Shown here piece by piece: positions 45,792-56,272 of a DNA stretch of 64,000 nt. Under the pieces are notes generated by a model. That model was not told where the DNA came from. It worked only from the letters and a program-made list of their open reading frames with translations, and made no database searches. Every line of letters begins with the position of its first letter. Within the stretch, counting starts at the first letter, position 1. Location of the stretch: contig OY761556.1 of assembly GCA_963664705.1 (NCBI GenBank), positions 1,216,001 to 1,280,000 on the forward strand. The letters are read 5' to 3'. Position numbers and translations under genes: made by a program. The stretch is from Acidobacteriota bacterium. Lineage in GTDB: Bacteria > Acidobacteriota > UBA6911.

Positions 45792-47957
45792 ATGATACGT
45801 TACGAGGACCTGGCAGAAAAAGTTGCCCGCTATCATCCCGGTGCCCCAATCGAACTGATTCAGCGGGGCTACGTGGTGTCCGCCAAATACCATAAAGGGC
45901 AGCTGCGGATGAACGGAGAACCGTATCTGACCCATCCGCTCGAAGTCGCAAATATCCTCGCCGAACTCAAGCTCGACGCCATTACGGTCACCGCCGGGCT
46001 CCTGCATGACGTACTCGAAGATACCCTGATGACTCCCGAAGAACTTCGGAAGCAATTTGGAGACGAAGTCTTCCTTCTTGTCGATGGAGTCACCAAGATT
46101 GCCCAGGTTTCGCTTACCTCCAGACAACAGAAACAGGCGGAGAATTTCCGTAAAATGTTGCTCGCCATGGTTGGCGACATCCGCGTCCTCTTCGTAAAGC
46201 TCGCGGACCGGCTGCACAACATGCGCACCCTGCAGTACCTCCGACCTGATAAGAGAGAGCGCATTTCACTCGAAACGCTCGATATCTATGCGCCGCTGGC
46301 CCATCGACTGGGCATGGCCAAGATTCGCGGCGAACTGGAGGACCTTTCCTTCAGTTTCCTGGAACCGGAGGCCTATCAGAATACGGTCGCGCTCATCGAA
46401 GCCCGCAGAGCCGTTAATCAGGATTTTGTGCTGGAGGCGGAGCGGACCATCGCCAGGGAACTGGCGGAACATAAAATCCCGGCCAAACTGGAGAGCCGCA
46501 CAAAACGCATTTACGGCGTCTACAGCAAAATGAAACGGCAGAAGATATCAATCGATGAGGTCTTCGATTTTATCGCCATCCGGGTGATCACAGACAGTGT
46601 GAGGAACTGCTACAGCATCCTGGGCATTCTCCACACCCTCTGGAAGCCGGTCCCTGGACGAATCAAGGATTACATCGCAATCCCTCGCCCCAACCTCTAT
46701 CAGTCGCTCCATACCTCCGTGATCGGACGAAACGGCCAGCCCTTTGAAATTCAGATCCGTACCCAGGAAATGCACCGGATCGCCGAAGAGGGGATCGCCG
46801 CACACTGGAAGTATAAGGAAGGCAGACTCGGGACGGCGGAAGGGGAGGAGCAATTCCGTTGGCTCCGCCAGTTGATCGAATCCCAGCGGGATATCAGCGA
46901 TCCGCGGGAGTTTCTCAGCAATCTCAAGGTCGATCTTTACCCGGACGAAGTCTATTGCTTTACGCCCAAGGGCGAAGTCATCACGCTGCCGCGCGATGCA
47001 ACGCCGGTCGATTTTGCCTACGAGATTCATACCGAGGTGGGGCACCACTGCATTGGCGCCAAAGTCAATGCGCGCATCGTCCCGCTCCGGCATAAGCTGC
47101 GGAATGGTGAGATTGTCGAGGTCGTCACATCCAAGGATGCATTTCCCAGCCGCGAATGGCTGTCCTTTGTGAAAACAGCCAGAGCCCGGGGGAAAATCAA
47201 ACATTGGATTAACCAGCGCGAAAAGGAAGATGCCTCCGAACTGGGCCTCAAACTCATGGCAAAAGAGGCACGCCGGTTCAAAACAAGCTGGCGCAAAGTT
47301 TTGTGCATGAGCGAACTCCCGCAAGTCTTGGCCAAATGCGGCTTGCAGAAGCCCGAGGATATCTACCCGGCAGTGGGTTTCGGCACCCTGGCCCCGCGCC
47401 AGATCCTTTCCTTCCTTTTCCCCGATATTTCCCCCGCCTCGGAGATGGAAGCGAAATCCTCCGTAATTCCTGCAGTCGTGCGCAGGGTGCTTAAGCAGGG
47501 CGAATCGCCCATCACCATCAAAGGGCAGGACGGGCTTCTTGTCTATCGAGCCAAATGCTGCAACCCGATCCGCGGAGACGAAATCGTCGGCTATATCACC
47601 CGGGGCAAAGGCATTGCCGTGCACACAAATTCGTGCCCATACCTGGCCAATTTCCTTGGGTCGGATCGAATCACCGATGTGGAGTGGGTCAGCTCATCCG
47701 AAGATGAAATATTTGTAGTTCGACTCGAAATTGAAGTGGAAGACCGGCAGGGAATTCTCGCCGATATCGTGTCGGTGATCTCAAACCTGAAGACAAATAT
47801 CCGGGATTCCCGTTCCACCAGCGACTCCGGGTCCGGGAAGGGAACCGTCGAAATCACGGTCGATGTTGCCGATACGCGGCAGCTGCAGAAAGTCATCCAT
47901 GAACTCAAATCCATTCGCGGCATTCAAAACGTCGAGCGCGTGAATCAAATACCGTAG
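45792..47957 (+). CDS. rel: Bifunctional (p)ppGpp synthetase/hydrolase Rel
   Basis: GEPY.THP, LHDVLED hydrolase, KLADRLHNMRT, YQSLHT, EIQIRT, TGS and ACT domains. Confidence 0.96.
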   Translation: MIRYEDLAEKVARYHPGAPIELIQRGYVVSAKYHKGQLRMNGEPYLTHPLEVANILAELKLDAITVTAGLLHDVLEDTLMTPEELRKQFGDEVFLLVDGVTKIAQVSLTSRQQKQAENFRKMLLAMVGDIRVLFVKLADRLHNMRTLQYLRPDKRERISLETLDIYAPLAHRLGMAKIRGELEDLSFSFLEPEAYQNTVALIEARRAVNQDFVLEAERTIARELAEHKIPAKLESRTKRIYGVYSKMKRQKISIDEVFDFIAIRVITDSVRNCYSILGILHTLWKPVPGRIKDYIAIPRPNLYQSLHTSVIGRNGQPFEIQIRTQEMHRIAEEGIAAHWKYKEGRLGTAEGEEQFRWLRQLIESQRDISDPREFLSNLKVDLYPDEVYCFTPKGEVITLPRDATPVDFAYEIHTEVGHHCIGAKVNARIVPLRHKLRNGEIVEVVTSKDAFPSREWLSFVKTARARGKIKHWINQREKEDASELGLKLMAKEARRFKTSWRKVLCMSELPQVLAKCGLQKPEDIYPAVGFGTLAPRQILSFLFPDISPASEMEAKSSVIPAVVRRVLKQGESPITIKGQDGLLVYRAKCCNPIRGDEIVGYITRGKGIAVHTNSCPYLANFLGSDRITDVEWVSSSEDEIFVVRLEIEVEDRQGILADIVSVISNLKTNIRDSRSTSDSGSGKGTVEITVDVADTRQLQKVIHELKSIRGIQNVERVNQIP

Positions 47958-48034
47958 GATTTCGGATTCCAGATTTCAGATTCCAGATTCCAGATTTCGG
48001 ATTTCAGATTTCAGATTTCAGATTTTAGATTGGA
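47958..48034 (+). repeat. Tandem 7-bp repeat, 11 units (GATTYCR consensus)
   Basis: GATTTCG GATTCCA GATTTCA GATTCCA GATTCCA GATTTCG GATTTCA GATTTCA GATTTCA GATTTTA GATTGGA. Confidence 0.95.
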
Positions 48035-48048
48035 ATTGCGGGGTACCC

Positions 48049-48426
48049 ATGAAAGAAAGTATTGAAACAAAAAACGCGCCGGCACCGATCGGGCCGTATT
48101 CGCAGGCTATGCGGGTGAATGGTTTGGTTTTCGTTTCAGGCCAGATCCCCCTGAATCCCGAGACCGGGCAGATCGTTGATGGAGGCATTATTCCACAGAC
48201 GCACCAGGTGATCCGGAATCTTGCCGCCATTCTGGAGGCGTCGGGAACAGGCCTTCACAATGTAGTGAAGACAACAGTCTTCCTCACCAATCTTGATGAT
48301 TTTTCCGAGTTCAACCGTGTATACGGGGAATACTTCGCGGAATCAAAACCCGCCCGCGCAACCGTTCAGGTTGCGCGTTTGCCCAGGGAAGCTCTGGTGG
48401 AAGTAGAAGCTATCGCGGCGAGCTAG
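48049..48426 (+). CDS. ridA: RidA family enamine/imine deaminase
   Basis: APAPIGPYSQA, SGQIP, VVKTTVFL, PARATV.V..LP. Confidence 0.93.
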   Translation: MKESIETKNAPAPIGPYSQAMRVNGLVFVSGQIPLNPETGQIVDGGIIPQTHQVIRNLAAILEASGTGLHNVVKTTVFLTNLDDFSEFNRVYGEYFAESKPARATVQVARLPREALVEVEAIAAS

Positions 48427-48614
48427 ATGGCCTTCTGGACCTTGCCGGACCGCAGGCATCGCGTACAGACGCGCACGCGCTTTACCGAGCCATTCTCCAC
48501 AATACGGATGCTCTGGAGATTTGGATAGAACTTCCGCGGACGTACGTTATGGGCATGGGAGATCGTACGGCCAAAAATAGGACTCTTTGCACAAACATGA
48601 CACTGCATCGGCAT
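48423..48614 (-). CDS. rpmB: 50S ribosomal protein L28
   Basis: C..C.K.P.FG..ISHAHN...R.F.PNLQ...VCTRCLRSGKV; GGGAG RBS. Confidence 0.93.
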   Translation of the reverse strand: MPMQCHVCAKSPIFGRTISHAHNVRPRKFYPNLQSIRIVENGSVKRVRVCTRCLRSGKVQKAI

Positions 48615-48736
48615 AAAATTCACTCCCGTTAAAGCCGCAAATACTATCAATCATTGGGCCTATAGTCAATAGTCGTCAGCAGCCAGTATTCAGTATTCGA
48701 CATTTTTTCTTCCGGATGCCTGCCGGCTGCCGCCGA

Positions 48737-49537
48737 CTAAACAATATCTTCTCCGCCGTCGACTCGAATGATGTTTCCCGTAACCCATGTCGAATCACAC
48801 ATCGCCAGGGAAACCAGGACCTCCGCCACATCCTCTGGCACCGTAAGTCTTTTCCCCGGATTGGATTCCAGGGCCCGGGCGAACATCTGTTCACTTCCCG
48901 GAATCCGCCGGGCGGCAGGAGTGTCGGTGACGCCGGCCTGGATGGCATTCACCGAGATTCCCAAACCAGACAATTCCACCGCCAGCTGCCGGACATGCGA
49001 CTCCAGTGCGGCTTTGGCGGCGGAAACGGCTCCATAAGTGGGCCAGACGCGGTGGCTGCCGGCGCTGGTCATGGCAAATATTTTGGCGCCCTTTTTAAGC
49101 AGCCCTGCCTGCATCAGATCCTGCGTCCAGTACAACAGGCTGTTTGCCATGACATCCAGCGTCATGGTCATATCGGCCGGCTTGATCGCTGAATTGGAAT
49201 CCTGGGCGATATACGGCTTCAGGGTGCCAAAAGCGAGCGAATGCAGCATCAGGGCAATCCCGCTGTCCGAGGCAGCGCTCAAGGCAGGCTTACAGGCGGA
49301 GATGATTTCGGCCCGCCGTTCCGGGTCGGCTGCATTGGCGTTGAAAAAAAGCGCTTCCTGTCCCCGGGCACGTATCTCGGCGATGGTTTTTTCGGCGTTA
49401 GGCATGGTTGCCCTTCGATCCAGATGAACTCCGATGATATCGAAACCGCTTCGAGCCAGCGCTATTGCCGTAGCCGCTCCGAACCCGCTCGATACGCCCA
49501 GGATCAATGCCCATTTTCTTGAGGTGCTTTCCGTCAC
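48737..49537 (-). CDS. SDR oxidoreductase, enoyl-ACP reductase FabL/FabI-like
   Basis: G.SSGFG, Y.AVSAAK, VNAIQAGVTDT, VDGG. Confidence 0.8.
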   Translation of the reverse strand: MTESTSRKWALILGVSSGFGAATAIALARSGFDIIGVHLDRRATMPNAEKTIAEIRARGQEALFFNANAADPERRAEIISACKPALSAASDSGIALMLHSLAFGTLKPYIAQDSNSAIKPADMTMTLDVMANSLLYWTQDLMQAGLLKKGAKIFAMTSAGSHRVWPTYGAVSAAKAALESHVRQLAVELSGLGISVNAIQAGVTDTPAARRIPGSEQMFARALESNPGKRLTVPEDVAEVLVSLAMCDSTWVTGNIIRVDGGEDIV

Positions 49538-49812
49538 AGAATCCTCCGTCAGGTTTGGTTGCAGAATACAGGATACAAGATACGGGCCGCGGGGCCAAAG
49601 CCATCACGACAGCCGAAGCTGATTTTTCTGTACCCCGAAGATTGTTGGCCGACGACTCCCTGCTGACTCCGGGCGCCCTCCGTGGTAGGATAGCCACTCG
49701 AAAAAATAAAACATGGCTTTGATACATTTTGTTGCTCAAATCCGCATTCCCCGATTAGATACATTGCGGGGAAGCCGGGAAATTACACCACAATCGGAAG
49801 GGAAATAGCGTG

Positions 49813-50853
49813 ATGGCAGACGAGCGGGTCAGTAAAAATAAAGCAATCGATATGGCTCTGACGCAGATAGAAAAGCAGTTCGGGAAGGGCTCCATCATGC
49901 GTCTCGGCGATCGCGTCGATACGGTTGGCATCCAATCCATTCCCACCGGGTGCATTTCCTTCGATGCAGCGCTCGGAGTGGGTGGTTTTCCCAAAGGGCG
50001 CGTGGTGGAAATCTACGGCCCGGAATCGGGCGGAAAAACGACGATTGCCCTGCATGCCATTGCACAGGCGCAAAAGATCGGAGGAACCGCCGCATTCATC
50101 GACGCCGAGCACGCTATGGATTCCAATTATGCCAAGATGCTGGGCGTGGATACCGATGAGTTGCTGGTTTCGCAGCCCGACAGCGGCGAGCAGGCGCTCG
50201 AGATAGCCGAGGTCCTGGTGCGAAGCGGCGCGATCGATATCCTTGTGGTGGACTCGGTGGCCGCCCTGGTCCCCAAAGCTGAACTGGAAGGGGAAATGGG
50301 CGATTCGCTCCCTGGCCTGCAGGCGCGCCTGATGTCGCAAGCCTTGCGCAAACTGACGGCCATCGTTGCCAAATCGAATACCTGCATGGTCTTCATCAAT
50401 CAGATCCGTGAGAAGATCGGCGTCATGTTCGGTAACCCCGAAACCACCACCGGCGGTCGCGCCCTCAAATTTTATTCATCCATCCGTGTGGATATCCGGC
50501 GTATCGGTTCGATCAAAGAAGGCGATGTGGTAGTCGGCAGCCGGACGCGAGTGAAGATAGTGAAAAACAAAATGGCGCCGCCATTCCGCGAGGCCGAGTT
50601 CGACATCATGTATAACCAGGGCATTTCCTATGAAGGAGATCTGATCGATCAGGCTGTGGACAAAAAGCTGGTTGAAAAGAGCGGTGCATGGTTTTCCTAC
50701 AAGGGCGAACGGCTCGGGCAGGGACGGGAAAATGCCAAGCAGTTCATTCGCGAGCATCCCGATATCGCCGAAACCTTGAATACAAAACTGCGTGAACTGC
50801 TCGGTTTGATCAAACCCGCGGTGGCAGCCGCGGCAGAGAAGCCTAAATCCTAG
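49813..50853 (+). CDS. recA: Recombinase RecA
   Basis: [42 protein letters not shown]. Confidence 0.98.
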   Translation: MADERVSKNKAIDMALTQIEKQFGKGSIMRLGDRVDTVGIQSIPTGCISFDAALGVGGFPKGRVVEIYGPESGGKTTIALHAIAQAQKIGGTAAFIDAEHAMDSNYAKMLGVDTDELLVSQPDSGEQALEIAEVLVRSGAIDILVVDSVAALVPKAELEGEMGDSLPGLQARLMSQALRKLTAIVAKSNTCMVFINQIREKIGVMFGNPETTTGGRALKFYSSIRVDIRRIGSIKEGDVVVGSRTRVKIVKNKMAPPFREAEFDIMYNQGISYEGDLIDQAVDKKLVEKSGAWFSYKGERLGQGRENAKQFIREHPDIAETLNTKLRELLGLIKPAVAAAAEKPKS

Positions 50854-50880
50854 ATTTTTAACCGGGCACGCCAGGTTTCC

Positions 50881-51046
50881 GCCTAATGCCGCATACTCTA
50901 AGCCTGCGACGCGAGTGAAGCAGCCGGTCCAGAGGGCCGAAAGCGAGTAGCCGGGGGTGAAGCGCAGCGAACCCCCGGATTGGGTTAGACCAGTAACAAG
51001 CCCCAAAGGGGCGGCAGAAGGCCCGATCTTTCGCTCCTGCCGGGGC
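50881..51046. repeat. ~170-bp intergenic repeat, family A copy 1 (REP/MITE-like)
   Basis: Closely related to 62801-62975; internal hairpins. Confidence 0.85.
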
Positions 51047-51218
51047 TGGATCGGGTTCGACCCAACGCAGGAATGATTGTCAACCTTTCTGATCGCCCTG
51101 GGGGTTGATATACATTGGCCAACCAGTCTGCTTTGACAAATAAGATGCAGCATTAGGGGATTCGTCGAGGCCTGGCTTTTAGCGCTGGAAAGTGGATTTG
51201 TCGTAGCCTACAATGAGT

Positions 51219-51595
51219 GCGCTGGAGCCGGCCAGGCAATCGCGGCCTGAAAAGGTCGAGGAAAGTCCGAACTCCACAGGGCAGTGTGCCTCGTAACGCG
51301 AGGGAGGGGCGACCCTACGGAAAGTGCCACAGAAAATATACCGCCTTGCATTTGCAGGGTAAGGGTGAAAAGGTGCGGTAAGAGCGCACCGCGTCCCTGG
51401 CAACAGGGATGGCAGGGCAAACCCCACACGGAGCAAGGTCAAATAGAAAAGCGATCCCGCAAGGGATTTAAGGGCGGCCCGTCCGACGCTTTTGGGTAGA
51501 CCGCTAGATCCCCGGAGTGATCCTGGGACAAGATGAATGATTGCCGTCCCTGCCATGCAGGGAAACAGAATTCGGCTTACGGGCGGCTCCAGCGC
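51219..51595 (+). ncRNA. rnpB: RNase P RNA (type A)
   Basis: GAGGAAAGTCCG and AACAGAATTCGGCTTA universal elements; P1 GCGCTGGAGCC / GGCTCCAGCGC; TACAAT just upstream. Confidence 0.97.
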
Positions 51596-51644
51596 TTGCA
51601 ATTCCCGATTGGCGATTGCAGGTTCCAGTGATCCTCGCCGTGTG

Positions 51645-52457
51645 TCATTCGGCAGATTTGAGTTTGCCGAGAACCCGCCCGAATCGGACCCTGGCTTCAA
51701 ACTGAAGCGGTACTTTTTTGTCATCCGCCGAGAGCCAGATTTTGAACTGGCCACCCTCTTTGAATAGTCCACCCATCAGAGCCGCGGTGCTGACCTGCCA
51801 TGCCTCCCTTTTTCCGGACTGCGACTCGATTGTTTCCTTCTTTTCAACCAGGCTTCGAACTTCGCGGATCTTATCGTCATTGGCGAGGATATAGGTCTGG
51901 GTAAATTGATTGCGGAGCGGGAGTTGTCTGAACATGAACAATGCAGACAACGGGTCATGGACACACTCGGGAATGTTGTTTTTGGTCTCGTCCTTCCGCA
52001 CCTTCGGCGGCACGGTCGATTCGTCGACTTCCCGAATATGCAGCCGACCGGAGGATCGCAAATACTGTACGTCAATCTGACGTTTTCGTTTTCCTTCGCG
52101 TACCTTTTCCGAAGCGCTTAAAGTACAAAAAGTACCCGGCTCCGTGTGGAAGACGAATTCATCCTCGATCTTCATCCCCGAGATTTTCGCCAGGGTGCCG
52201 CTCGAGTTCGCCTTCAGACTCATCCTCGCAACTTGCCTTCCTTCCAGCTCCACATTTGCCGAATACTCGAGGGTCACTTCTCCCGCCTCCACCTTGGGCA
52301 TAAAGAAGAGATACCATGGAGGGTCCCATTGGATTTTGTAAACCAGCCGCTCCTCATCAGGCGCATTTGCATTGCTCTCCTGGCTTTGAAGGATCGTTGC
52401 CGGGGCGGAAGCAAGAAACAGAAAGCAGATCGCCCAGAGGATCTTAGATGCGTTCAT
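51645..52457 (-). CDS. DUF3108-like exported protein
   Basis: Signal peptide; E.L.Y.I.W, DPLSALF..R, IWLS.D...VP; overlaps the waaC stop. Confidence 0.65.
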   Translation of the reverse strand: MNASKILWAICFLFLASAPATILQSQESNANAPDEERLVYKIQWDPPWYLFFMPKVEAGEVTLEYSANVELEGRQVARMSLKANSSGTLAKISGMKIEDEFVFHTEPGTFCTLSASEKVREGKRKRQIDVQYLRSSGRLHIREVDESTVPPKVRKDETKNNIPECVHDPLSALFMFRQLPLRNQFTQTYILANDDKIREVRSLVEKKETIESQSGKREAWQVSTAALMGGLFKEGGQFKIWLSADDKKVPLQFEARVRFGRVLGKLKSAE

Positions 52458-53508
52458 CCGCAGAATCCTCCCGAAGGCCTATGCGCCGGACTACGGCGGC
52501 AAAGACCTCGTCGACATCAATGTCCATACATTCGTTTGCTGTCGGGCATTTCCTGCCATAGCAGTTGCTGCAGGGCAGAGGATGCTGCAGCACTTCGTCC
52601 GTTTTTTTCCACGGCCCGTTTCGCACCGGTGACGTTGGACCGAAAATCCCAACCACCGGCGTCTCCAGTGCACAGGCAAGGTGAAATGGCCCTGTATCTC
52701 CTCCGATAAAAAGGCGGGCCTTTTTGTACAGGGGAATCAGCTGCATAAAAGTGACGGGGAAATGGCATGGGTGCGTGTTGCCACAGGCCTCTGTGATTTT
52801 CCGGTAGAGCGCTTCCTCTCCCGGCCCCGTTGTAACAATTACCGGCAGTGCCAGTTCTTCCTGAATGCGCCGGGCCAGCCGTCCGTATCGATCCGGGGAC
52901 CAGCATTTGGTCGCCCATCCTCCACCGGGATTAATGACGATGTAGTCATGGATATTCGCACGATGCAACAGGGAATCGATAAGAAGGGAATCGGCATCAG
53001 CAACAGCCAGGTCCACGGACGCCGCAACCGGTTCGGCTCCCGCCAATGCTGCCAGCATCTGATTTTGCACCACAATGTGGACAGGCCTTTCCGGCTTGGC
53101 CAGCTTTCGGTGGTAAAACCAGTGGGACGGTTTTTCCCTTACAAGCTCCCTGGAAAAACCCAGCCGTGTATTCGACCCGCTAAAAAAGCAGATCAGCGCA
53201 GTTTTTATGAGCCCCTGAAAATCAATCGCAATATCGAAGCGCTCCGCGCGCAACTGCCGGATCACCGTCCAGACCCGACCCCAGGCTGCCCGGCTGAAGG
53301 GGCTTTGGGCCAATGCATCGGTGTCGAGAATATGAACCGCATCAATTCCCCGGATGGATCGTGCCAGGAACTCGCTTTTTCTGGAGGCAAGCCAGTGAAT
53401 GGTCGCGTCGGGGAATTTCCTTCTCAGAGCCGCGGAGGCGGGTACGACATGCAGGATATCCCCAAGAGAGCTGAGCCGTAGAATCAGGATCTTGGGAGAT
53501 GAACTCAT
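52444..53508 (-). CDS. waaC: LPS heptosyltransferase I (GT9)
   Basis: ILILRLSSLGDILH, DFQGLIKT, GDTGP.HLA.AL, FGPT. Confidence 0.8.
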   Translation of the reverse strand: MSSSPKILILRLSSLGDILHVVPASAALRRKFPDATIHWLASRKSEFLARSIRGIDAVHILDTDALAQSPFSRAAWGRVWTVIRQLRAERFDIAIDFQGLIKTALICFFSGSNTRLGFSRELVREKPSHWFYHRKLAKPERPVHIVVQNQMLAALAGAEPVAASVDLAVADADSLLIDSLLHRANIHDYIVINPGGGWATKCWSPDRYGRLARRIQEELALPVIVTTGPGEEALYRKITEACGNTHPCHFPVTFMQLIPLYKKARLFIGGDTGPFHLACALETPVVGIFGPTSPVRNGPWKKTDEVLQHPLPCSNCYGRKCPTANECMDIDVDEVFAAVVRRIGLREDSADERI

Positions 53509-54005
53509 GGGGTGAACTTGGACAATATTGTCTGTATCAGGTCTCTCGACGAGTGATCTTTCGGATCACCAACAATGGCGACCCGTCCGCCGTAACCGAT
53601 CACCGTATTTCGCTCCGGAACGCTTTCCTCGGTATAATCCGTCCCCTTCGCATGCACGTCCGGCTTGAGTTCCCTTAGAATACCATCGACGGTAGGCTCC
53701 TCAAACAGAAGAACATAGTCGACACAGCCGATGGAGGCGATTATTTCCGCGCGGTCCGCCTCGTTCTGCAGCGGGCGCCCCGCACCCTTCAGCGCCTGAA
53801 CGCAGGCATCGCTGTTGAGCCCGACAATCAGAAGGTCGCCCAATTGCCTGGCCGCTTCCAGATAGCGGATATGTCCCGCATGCAGCAGGTCGAAGCAGCC
53901 GTTGGCAAAGACAATCCTCTGTCCATGGGATCGCCTCTCGGCAACAATTGTTCGCAATTCCTCAATCGACCTTATCTTGTCCTTCGGGTCATTCCACATT
54001 CCCAT
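53505..54005 (-). CDS. hldC: D-glycero-beta-D-manno-heptose 1-phosphate adenylyltransferase (RfaE domain II)
   Basis: FANGCFDLLHAGH, VGLNSD, KG.GRP, KGTDY. Confidence 0.88.
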   Translation of the reverse strand: MGMWNDPKDKIRSIEELRTIVAERRSHGQRIVFANGCFDLLHAGHIRYLEAARQLGDLLIVGLNSDACVQALKGAGRPLQNEADRAEIIASIGCVDYVLLFEEPTVDGILRELKPDVHAKGTDYTEESVPERNTVIGYGGRVAIVGDPKDHSSRDLIQTILSKFTP

Positions 54006-54011
54006 CCCCCA

Positions 54012-54995
54012 CTACCCACTGACCGCTGCCCTTATCTCTTCCCGGGTAACCGTTGCCGTGCCTCGTTTCATAACAACGATCCCCCCGGCATAATTTGCAA
54101 GCCGGGCCGCATATTCCGCAGAGGCTCCGCAGGCAAGCGCGAGAGTGAACACGGCGATCACGGTATCTCCGGCACCGGTAACATCCGCAACCTCGTCTGT
54201 CCCATGGATGGGGATATGCAGAGGTTCCTTGCGAGGCTCAAACAGGGTCATTCCAAAACGCCCTTGCGTGACGAGCAGGCATTCCAGTCGCTGGCTGCGC
54301 AAAACATGTCGCCCCACCTTGTGGAGCAGCTTCTCGTCGGACCCGATCGACATCCCGACGGAGGCTTCGAGTTCGGTAATATTGGGTGTAATGGATGTGA
54401 CATCCCGGAAATCGCCCATCCGGAACCTGGAATCCACCACGACAGGTATCCTTCTCGATGCCGCGGCCTGGCGCAATTGGTCGACAAGCGCGGGTTGGAC
54501 CGCTCCATACCCGTAATCGCTGATGATAATGCCGTCGGCCATGCCTACGCTTCGTTCCAGGGCCGTCCAGGGCAATTCCTGTTCCGCACCAGCGTTTCGG
54601 AGCCGATCGACGCGAACTACCTGTTGCGGCGCGGAGTGATGGGCGCCGGCAAGAATGCGCGTCTTTACCGGCGTGAAGTATGAACGGCTTTTCCTGACGG
54701 GACGAACGTCCGCGCCTTTCAGGCGCAGGCGGGAAACCATGTCCGTTCCCGGTTCATCCTGTCCAACCATGCCGGCAATCGTGACTTTCGCGTCGAGATC
54801 GAGAAGGTTATTCGCGGCATTCGCCGCACCTCCAGGCACGCGGACGAGATCGCGGTATTCCAGCACCAGCACGGGTGCTTCGCGCGATACCCTGGCGATC
54901 TGTCCGTAAAGAAACTCGTCGGCGATCAGATCGCCGACCACCACGATCTTTCGGCCCTGAAACCGGTCAACGATTTGTATCAGTTGTTTGCTCAT
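54012..54995 (-). CDS. hldA: D-glycero-beta-D-manno-heptose-7-phosphate kinase (RfaE domain I)
   Basis: RVSREAPV, PGGAAN, ISDYG.G, TPN..E, DVTGAGDT. Confidence 0.9.
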   Translation of the reverse strand: MSKQLIQIVDRFQGRKIVVVGDLIADEFLYGQIARVSREAPVLVLEYRDLVRVPGGAANAANNLLDLDAKVTIAGMVGQDEPGTDMVSRLRLKGADVRPVRKSRSYFTPVKTRILAGAHHSAPQQVVRVDRLRNAGAEQELPWTALERSVGMADGIIISDYGYGAVQPALVDQLRQAAASRRIPVVVDSRFRMGDFRDVTSITPNITELEASVGMSIGSDEKLLHKVGRHVLRSQRLECLLVTQGRFGMTLFEPRKEPLHIPIHGTDEVADVTGAGDTVIAVFTLALACGASAEYAARLANYAGGIVVMKRGTATVTREEIRAAVSG

Positions 54996-55183
54996 CAGGA
55001 GCGTGAATTTAGCAGAAAAAGCAGGGACAGTCATCAAAATCCACCAGCTGCCCCCGCGGGATCCTTTTTGCTATTTTCTATTTTGTGATCCTGGTCACTT
55101 CTTACGGCGTATGGGTGCAGTATGATCGCTGTCATCCGTGGCCGGGATGCAGATGCAGCGTCGCAAACCGGGGGATGTCGAGC

Positions 55184-56272
55184 TCATTTGCATGCGGCCG
55201 CGGGCCCTTTCTCAAGAACCTCCCGGGCTTTCCCCAGTACCTGCTGGACCGAAATTCCCTCCATGCATCGAAAGTCCGTCGGGCATTCCCGCAAAAAACA
55301 GGGATTGCAATCGACCTGGTTTTTGATGATCACAGCATTGGCACTCAGAGGGCCGGTGGCAATTTCGCTCGTGGACCCGAAAATCGCCAGTTGGGGCACA
55401 TCCAGTGCCGCGGCCAGATGCATCGGTCCCGAATCATTGGTGATGAGCAGCCGGCATTGACTGATCAATCCCATCAGTTGGCCCAGCGTCGTCCGGCCTG
55501 CCAGGATGACAGGCTTTCTTTTCATGTTGCCCGCAACCTGCTCCACGACCGGCAAGTCGCTCGACGAACCCAAAACGACAATCCGCGCATTGTATTCCTC
55601 CGCCACGCTATCGGCGACGGCCGCATACCGGTCCGGAAACCAGCGCTTGGCCGGACCATAAAATGCGCCGGGATTTAGGCCAACGAAAACTTCGTTGTCG
55701 CCAATCCCTTCCTTCCGCAAAATTTCCCTGGCTTCGCGGATATCCGAATCCTGCGCGTGGATCCGGATGGTGGGCTGATAGTCCGGTTGCTCCCATAGTC
55801 GTTTCGGCAGCCAGCCCATTTCGGCGAGCAGGTTCAGGTAATAATAGGCCTGGTGCACCTTTTTCACTTCGGTGCCGATCTGGCAGGGATGCGTCAACAG
55901 AAATGCGCGGCCGTCCCGGGCGTAGCCTACTCTTTGGGGAATGCGGGCCCACCATGCCAGCAGCGCCGCTTCGAAGGCATTTTGAAACAGAATGGCGAGG
56001 TCAAACCTGCGGGCTCGCAGTTCGGATGCCAGTTTTACAAAACCGCGCCATCCGGCATGCGCGCGTTCTTTGTCATACTCGAGGATCTCGTCGATGAATT
56101 CTCTGTCCGCGTAAATGTCACGAACCCACGGTCGCACGAGCAGGGAAATCCGCGCCTGCGGAAACAGCCTCCGGATTTCCCGCATTGCCGGGATGGCAAT
56201 GACGGAATCGCCGACCCAATTCGTTCCACGGATCAAGATCGATCGGATTTTTGCTGGATCCAATGCCTTCAC
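55184..56272 (-). CDS. waaF: LPS heptosyltransferase II (GT9)
   Basis: NWVGD, NPGAFYGPAKRW, NDSGPMHLAAAL, FGST. Confidence 0.9.
   Translation of the reverse strand: MKALDPAKIRSILIRGTNWVGDSVIAIPAMREIRRLFPQARISLLVRPWVRDIYADREFIDEILEYDKERAHAGWRGFVKLASELRARRFDLAILFQNAFEAALLAWWARIPQRVGYARDGRAFLLTHPCQIGTEVKKVHQAYYYLNLLAEMGWLPKRLWEQPDYQPTIRIHAQDSDIREAREILRKEGIGDNEVFVGLNPGAFYGPAKRWFPDRYAAVADSVAEEYNARIVVLGSSSDLPVVEQVAGNMKRKPVILAGRTTLGQLMGLISQCRLLITNDSGPMHLAAALDVPQLAIFGSTSEIATGPLSANAVIIKNQVDCNPCFLRECPTDFRCMEGISVQQVLGKAREVLEKGPAAACK

Noticed and set aside
48423-48426. ridA/rpmB convergent stop-codon overlap (CTAG)
   Set aside because: A common compact arrangement with no evidence of special function.
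49690-49812. SOS/LexA box upstream of recA and uvrA
   Set aside because: No CTGT-N8-ACAG, GAAC-N4-GTTC or GTTC-N7-GTTC match. GATACATT occurs twice before recA but is not convincingly shared with uvrA.
55095-55187. 30-codon minus-strand ORF coupled to the waaF stop
   Set aside because: Too short, with no recognisable motif; cannot be supported.
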